Source: the human T2T-CHM13v2.0 reference genome, Homo sapiens
NCBI RefSeq assembly: GCF_009914755.1
Contig: NC_060932.1
Reading direction: 5' to 3' (one strand)
DNA length: 64,000 bases
Under the pieces are notes generated by a model. The model did no database searches, was not told where the DNA came from, and saw only the letters and a program-made list of their open reading frames with translations. This document shows positions 56,971 to 64,000 of the stretch, in pieces. The stretch's first letter is position 1. Every line of letters begins with the position of its first letter. The translations under genes and the position numbers were made by a program.

Positions 56971-58539
56971 CTAAATATCAAAATGATACTAATCACCTTG
57001 TAAAGAAATATGGAACTTATAATGATCGGTCACACTTAAATGGTTGCAGAGTAACCACAAAAAATGACACTCAATGAGAAATATCTTTCTCCCTCTTTTT
57101 TTTTGTGTGCGTACAAGGGATCGATTAGCTGAAAGTTATATCAGTAATCATAATAATGAAATTAATTTATAAACCTAAAGTTATTACAAGTTTATGGGGA
57201 TTATTGGCAGTGATTTTTATCAGTTGGTTTCTAAAACAGTCTGAAGTTAAAGTTATGTGTAACTACTATTGCTAAGCATGCATATTATGAGAAATAGATG
57301 AAAATTCTGTATAGTGTGAAAGAGGTATGTATTTTCTTAATGTTAACTGTTACTCTTTGAAAGACATTGTAACAGTAAATACAAGGAAAAAAAAGAAAAA
57401 TCATCACCCACACCTCAGCAGCAAAATCAATGAGAATGTATTTTGTATTCTCAAAGGTCCTTGTCTGAAACTAACCAAAACTGCAGCAAAATAATTAGAT
57501 TATTTCTTTATTAGTGGGAAAAATATTCTCCTTTTGTTACTTACAAAAACATTTTATGCATTGAATAAGATAACGGTTAGGAATATTTAATTTTTTTTAA
57601 CAACTTTTCAATTAGATCCAAAGACCCACTTTCAGAACTGAGGCAAGCGTAGCACTGAATACTCATTCCACAGTGAAACAAGCACAATGGGTGGAGAATG
57701 TATTAAAAATATTTAAGTTTCTGGAAGTGCATTAAGCTTGTAAACCAACGAGGAAACATCTAACCAAGAACATCTCAGTGAGGATTCACGTTTGTGCAGC
57801 TTGGGCCACAGCCTGCTTTCTTCCCCTTATCTCCAATCTAGGTGAGTATGGCCAGGAAAACTAGATTCTCTCTACCTGCAGATTCCAGCCAGGGTACGCT
57901 TCTAACCAGGAGGGTCAGGCCACCATCCTTTCTCATCCTCACAAGCTTCATAGGCAAAGGATAAACTGCAGATGAGTTTGGCCAACAGGCCATGTCGCTT
58001 TCAAGTTCCACCTATGTAGGAGGTATGGGAGGCTCAACTCCAGAATAAAAGGTCAAAATGCTGCAGTTCCTGTCACTTGTGCACCAGATGGCATATAAGG
58101 TGAAGGTTCTATGCCACCAGGAGCAAACCAAGACAATCAAGCTCTCACCTCAGACCCGTGGTTTACTCATGAAACAAGAATGTCAGTCCAGCAGAAGCTG
58201 AGAGTGTCTCTGCCCCACGTCTGAAGCAGTGGCTCAGAGATTTTTCCCAAGAGGAGAGATAGAGGGCAGGAAATTCAAATCCAAGGTTGCTCTCAAAAAT
58301 AAATGGAAATTGTGAGGATAAGCAATTTAGAGGAGCCTGGTGCTTTCACTAGAGCTGCAGGCTAATCCATGGAATGGCTAGTCTAAGATAATAAGAGACA
58401 GAGAAGAAGATCGCATTGCGGGTTAGAACAAACCTCAAAGCCTGGCCTCAAAAATATCTCCTGCAAAGAAGTGTGGACATAAGAATATGGAGCCCAGAGC
58501 AAGTTCAGAAATAATGAAGCAATCAGGTGGAAATTTATT

Positions 58540-58645
58540 AGTGATTCAGCCTCCAGCCTCCAGAACTATGAGAAAATTAATTTTTGCTGTTTAAAACCAT
58601 ACAATTTGTGGTACTTTGTGTCACTGGGCCTAGATAACTAAAGCA
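58540..58645 (+). mobile_element. MLT1 LTR 3' fragment
   Basis: cagcctccagaactatgagaaaattaatttttgctgtttaaaacc...ttgtggtactttgtg...ctagataactaa. Confidence 0.75.
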
Positions 58646-60341
58646 TGCCCCTACCAGAGCCTCAAAATATATAAAACAGAACCTGACAAAATTGCATGCC
58701 AAATAAACAATCAAACAATAATGACTGTTCTACTCATTTTCATAGAGGAACAGAACAATCTAGCCAAAATGACCATCAGACTAGACAACCAAAATAGTAC
58801 TATAAACCAACTGGAATGAACAGACATCTACAGAACATTCCAGCCAATAACAGAATATTGTTTTCAAGGGCGTATGAAACATTCTCCACAACAGAGCATA
58901 TGCCATGCCACAGAACTACTTTCAGTTTATTTAAAATGAGTGAAATTATATAAATAAATTATCTGAGCTCAATGCAAGAAAATTAGAATTTGAGAAATAA
59001 TAGAATACGTGGAAGTTAAAAAAATTTCTAAAAACCCAAAGGAGTTAAAGAAATCACTAGGGAAATTTAAAAATAATATGAACGAAAATGGAGATCAAAT
59101 ACATCAAAATGTATTTAATGCAACTGAAGAATTGCATAGAGGGAAATTTAGAGTAGTAAATAACTATATTTAAAAAGAAAAAATCTTACATAAATAGCCT
59201 CACCTTCCACCTCACTGTCCTGGAAAAAGTACAAGCTAAACTTACGGTAAGCAGAATAACAAATATTCTAGTGAGAATAATCAAGTATACAATAGAAAAA
59301 AATGAACGTAAGCAAATTCAAAGAAATTTTTAAACCTTCTACAAAATTAAGAATCTTTTGCTAGACTGTTCAAGAAATAAAGAAGTCTCAAATTACTAAA
59401 ATGGGGGAAAAAAAGGTAGAGAATATTACTATGGACCTTACAGATATTTAAGAAGAAGACTGTAAGAGAATTTTATAAACATCTGGTAGTCAACAAACTG
59501 GATGACTACAAAAATACAAATTACCCAAAACTTAAGTCAAACAACATCAGAATAGACCTCAAGTAAAGGTAGTAATTTTAAAATTATGCTAAAGAAAATT
59601 CCAGGCTCAAATGGCTTCACTGGTGAATTCTACCAAACATTGAGAGTAGAATTATTGTCAGTCTTTAATAAATTCTTTCCAAAAATAGAAGAGGGATCAC
59701 ATTCCAACTTATTTTATAAGGTCAATACCCCAATATCAAAGCCAGACATAGTTATAGATAGAAACTACAGACTAGTATTTCTTAAGAATATGAACACAAA
59801 AATGCTCAAAACAAATCAAGAAATTCAGATCCAACAACATATAAAGCATTATATACTGTGTCCAAGTGCTATTTATCTCAGGAATGCAAGATAGGCTTAG
59901 CATCTGAAAATCTAACACTGTGCCATAACAATAAAATAAAGTCAGCTGATTGTCTTACCAGATACAGATAAAAAGTGACAAAATTCAACATTCTTTGATG
60001 ATAAAAACAATTAACTAGCAATGGGGAATTTCTTCAACCTGATAAAAGTCACCTGCGAAAAGCCTACAGTTAACATTGTATTTAATGAAATATTGAACAT
60101 TTTCTGCCTAAAATCAGCAATAAGACAAATTCTATTCCACAGCATACTGGAGGTTTTAGCTAGGGCAGTGATGCAGGAAATTTAAAGGCATAAAGATAGG
60201 TAAAGAAGATAAAAATATAACTATTTACAAATCACATGATCTAGTATACAGAACATCTTAGATATCCATTAAAAACTATTAGAATTTAAGAACATCTCCA
60301 GCAAGGTTACAGAGTAGAAGATGAATATGCAAAAATCCATA

Positions 60342-61053
<712 letters not shown>

Positions 61054-63106
61054 TAGCATCTAAAAACTCCAAAATAATTAGGAATAAATTTAACAAAATA
61101 AGTACAAAATATATATTCCAAAAACTATAAGTGTTTAAAGAAATTGAAGACCTAAATAAATGGAAAAATATTTCATGTACATGAATCAGAAGACTTAATA
61201 TAGATAAGATGGCAATACTCCCCAAATTGATTAGCAAATTTAACATAATTCCTATTAAAATCTCTGCTGGCTTATTTGCGTACATTAACAAGCTGATCCT
61301 AAAATGCATATGGATATTCAAAGGACTTAGAATACTCAAAACAATCTTTAAAAAAGAAAAATTTCAATATTCATACCTACCTGATTCAGCACTTTCTAGG
61401 AAACCGCATTGATCATGATTCCATTATGCTTGCATTAGACACATGGATTAATGAAATAAAATTCACGTTCCAGAGATAAAAACCACTGACATTACCCGTC
61501 AATTTGATTTTTGACAAGATGCCAAAACAATCAAGAAAAAAATAGTTTTTCAATAAATGGTGCTCAGACAACTGAGTATCCACAAGAGGGTACCCCTTCC
61601 TTACACTATCCACAAAAAAATTAATAAATCATAGACCCAAATGTAAGAAGTGCAGCTCAAACTCTTTGAAGAAAATATAGGAGTAAATCTTTGTAACCTG
61701 ATGTTAAGCAAAGTCTTCTTAGATATGACATCAAAAGCACAAGAAAAGAATTAACTGGAATTCATCAAAATTTTAAACTTTGTATTTCAAAAAACATTAG
61801 AACAGAAAAAGATCTATAGAATAGGGAAAGTTTGCAAATTATATAAAATATAAATAACTTGCATCTGGAATACATAAAGATCTCTTAAAACTCAGCAATA
61901 AAAAGACAAATTACCAAGTATGGGCACAATAATCGAATAGACGCTGCCCCAAAGAAGATACACAAATGGCCAAGAAGCCCGTATAAAAATTCTCAGCATC
62001 CTTAGCCATCAAGGAAATGCAAATCAAAGCCGTACTGAGATACCAGTTCATGTCCACTAAAATAGGTACCATCAAAAAGACAGTTAGTAAGTGTTGGTGA
62101 GGAGGTGTATGGGTGTTTCACTTCCCTATGGCTGGTGAGAATATAGAATGGTGCGTCTATTTTGTAAAATACTCCGGAAGTTCGACATAACATTGCCATA
62201 TGAACCAGCAAATCCACAGCTAGTTCTATACTTAAAATGTGTCCACGTAAAAATTTGTATGCAAATGGTTATAGCAGAGTTATTCATAATTGCAAAAAGT
62301 GGAAACAATACAAATGTCAGTCAACCGATGAAAAAACATGGTCTATATCCATCATATTAAATAGGATCCAGAAATACAGAAGAAGTGAACTGCCGATTTA
62401 TTCCACAACCTGACAAACCTTGAAAACCTACTAAATGGAAAGAGCTAGTCACAAAACACATTTTGTACCATTGCACTTACATTAAATGTCCAGAATAGGC
62501 CAATCCCTAGAGACGAAAATAAATTAGTGTTTGCTTTGGGCCGTGGGGCTGAGGGAAAATAGTGAGTGGGTACTAATGGATACTGGGTTTTTTGCATTAA
62601 ACATCTTCCAAAAATAACTGTGGTGATGAATGCATAACCCCAGGAATATATTAAAAAGCACTGAAGAGTACACTTCAGGTCAATATTGTGGTATGTGAAT
62701 CATTTCAATATAGCTCTGATTAAAAGAAAGCAGCAGCTCAGGACTAGAGAACAGAGCGCAATATGGGATATTGAAATTCCATTTAGCTATAAGTCTCATT
62801 TCCTGTTATATCACATGACACCTATATTAATTCAGTTTACGAATTAAAAAAAAAGGAATATGGTAAGAAGACTGAAAGAAACAGGTTTCTCAGTTTTCTA
62901 AAAGAATGAGATAGAGCTCAGAACCTTGAGTCGAAGGCTTATCCCTCCAGCTGGAATTCTACTTCCTCTCTACTTCACTTACAGGACTCTAATTTAGCCT
63001 TCCAAGACCCAGTTTGGATTTCACTGCCTCTTAACATTCCCACAGTAACATCTTCCTGCAGTGATTGTATGAAGCACAGGGCATTATTATGTATGCATGC
63101 AATGGA

Positions 63107-63469
63107 CAGACGCTCTTCAACTTACAGTGCGGTTATGTTCTAATAAAAACATTGTAAGCTGAAAAGAGTGATGAAAATGCATTTAATATACCTAACCTGC
63201 AAAACATTGTAGCTTAGCCTTGCCTACCTTAAACACACTCAGAACACGCACATTAGCCTACAGCTGGGAAAACCACCTAAGTCAAAGCTTATTTTATAAT
63301 AACACATTGAGTATCTCGTGTCATTTATTCAATATTGAACTAAAAGTGAAAAGCAGAATGGTCGTATGGGTACTCAACGGGTGGTTTCTACTGAACGTGT
63401 TATTACTTTCACGCTATTGTAAAAGGGTAAGAGTCCCAAGTTGAACCATGGTAAGTCAGGGGCCGCCTG
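63107..63469 (+). mobile_element. MER47A (TcMar-Tigger MITE)
   Basis: Ends cagacgctcttcaacttac / gtaagtcaggggccgcctg followed by TA; internal agcttagccttgcctaccttaaa. Confidence 0.88.
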
Positions 63470-63663
63470 TAGTCAATCCTGTAATATAGCCAAACTCTGT
63501 ATTGTTGTGTTTTAATGTATCTACACTGATTGGATCATCAGCATCCGTTGCTTTAAGGCGAGTCCTGCTGAGTGGGGTGGGGCTGGGCTGAGAGATCAAG
63601 AAAACTGATTCTCTTTGAAGTTTTGGGAGGAAAGTATCTATGATCCCAATTTACCCTGCTGTG

Positions 63664-63706
63664 TTAGTTTTATTAGTTTTTTATTAGTTTTTATTAGTTT
63701 TATTAG
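63664..63706. repeat. Short tandem repeat (TTAGTTTTTA) x ~4
   Basis: ttagtttttattagttttttattagtttttattagtttttattag. Confidence 0.9.
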
Positions 63707-64000
63707 CCTCTCCATTGGGGCTGAGCACGAAGCCGTATTCAAACCAGATGTGCTTCCTCCCACTCATGATGCCACCAGAATGACTTCTTTTTCCTGAACC
63801 CAGGAGCTACCTTGGGAAAGGAAGAAAATAGGAAAAAAGGGAAACACAACAAGGCCGAGCATTTCAGACTCAGTTTACCTGAAACGGAACGGTTTTCACT
63901 GGGAGACACTAACAGTTAATTTTCCCATCTAAGGCTCAGAATATTACCCCCAAACTATGTCACTTTATGTCACCAGAGGGAATAGGAAGTCCAAACCAGG

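Noticed and set aside
58078-58096. CTCF-like GCACCAGATGGCAT
   Set aside because: Mismatches at both ends of the core and lies within L1 5' sequence; weaker than the 13664 site.

Overview
This window is primate (very probably human) genomic DNA inside the giant CSMD1 gene, which is transcribed on the minus strand. It holds one real coding exon, 113 bp at 18745-18857 (-). That exon encodes the C-terminal part of the first CUB domain (R|LSGFQLPSSIVSTGSILTLWFTTDFAVSAQGFKALYE|V); from recall it is exon 3, c.303-415. The rest is AT-rich intron (downstream intron 1-18744, upstream intron 18858-64000) full of decayed repeats: about 14 Alus, two long old L1M copies antisense to the gene, a long L2, MaLR/ERVL LTRs, MIRs, DNA transposon MITEs (MER1A, MER58A, MER47A, MADE1) and microsatellites. 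The other ORFs in the track are repeat-derived or chance. I see no convincing new multi-gene system. The best leads are: an open read-through past the exon donor that would give a short secreted single-CUB isoform; a neural-enhancer-like motif cluster; a consensus CTCF site; closely spaced inverted or nested Alus; and several small replication-slippage or template-switch scars. Repeat subfamily calls come from remembered consensus sequences, and their boundaries are approximate.
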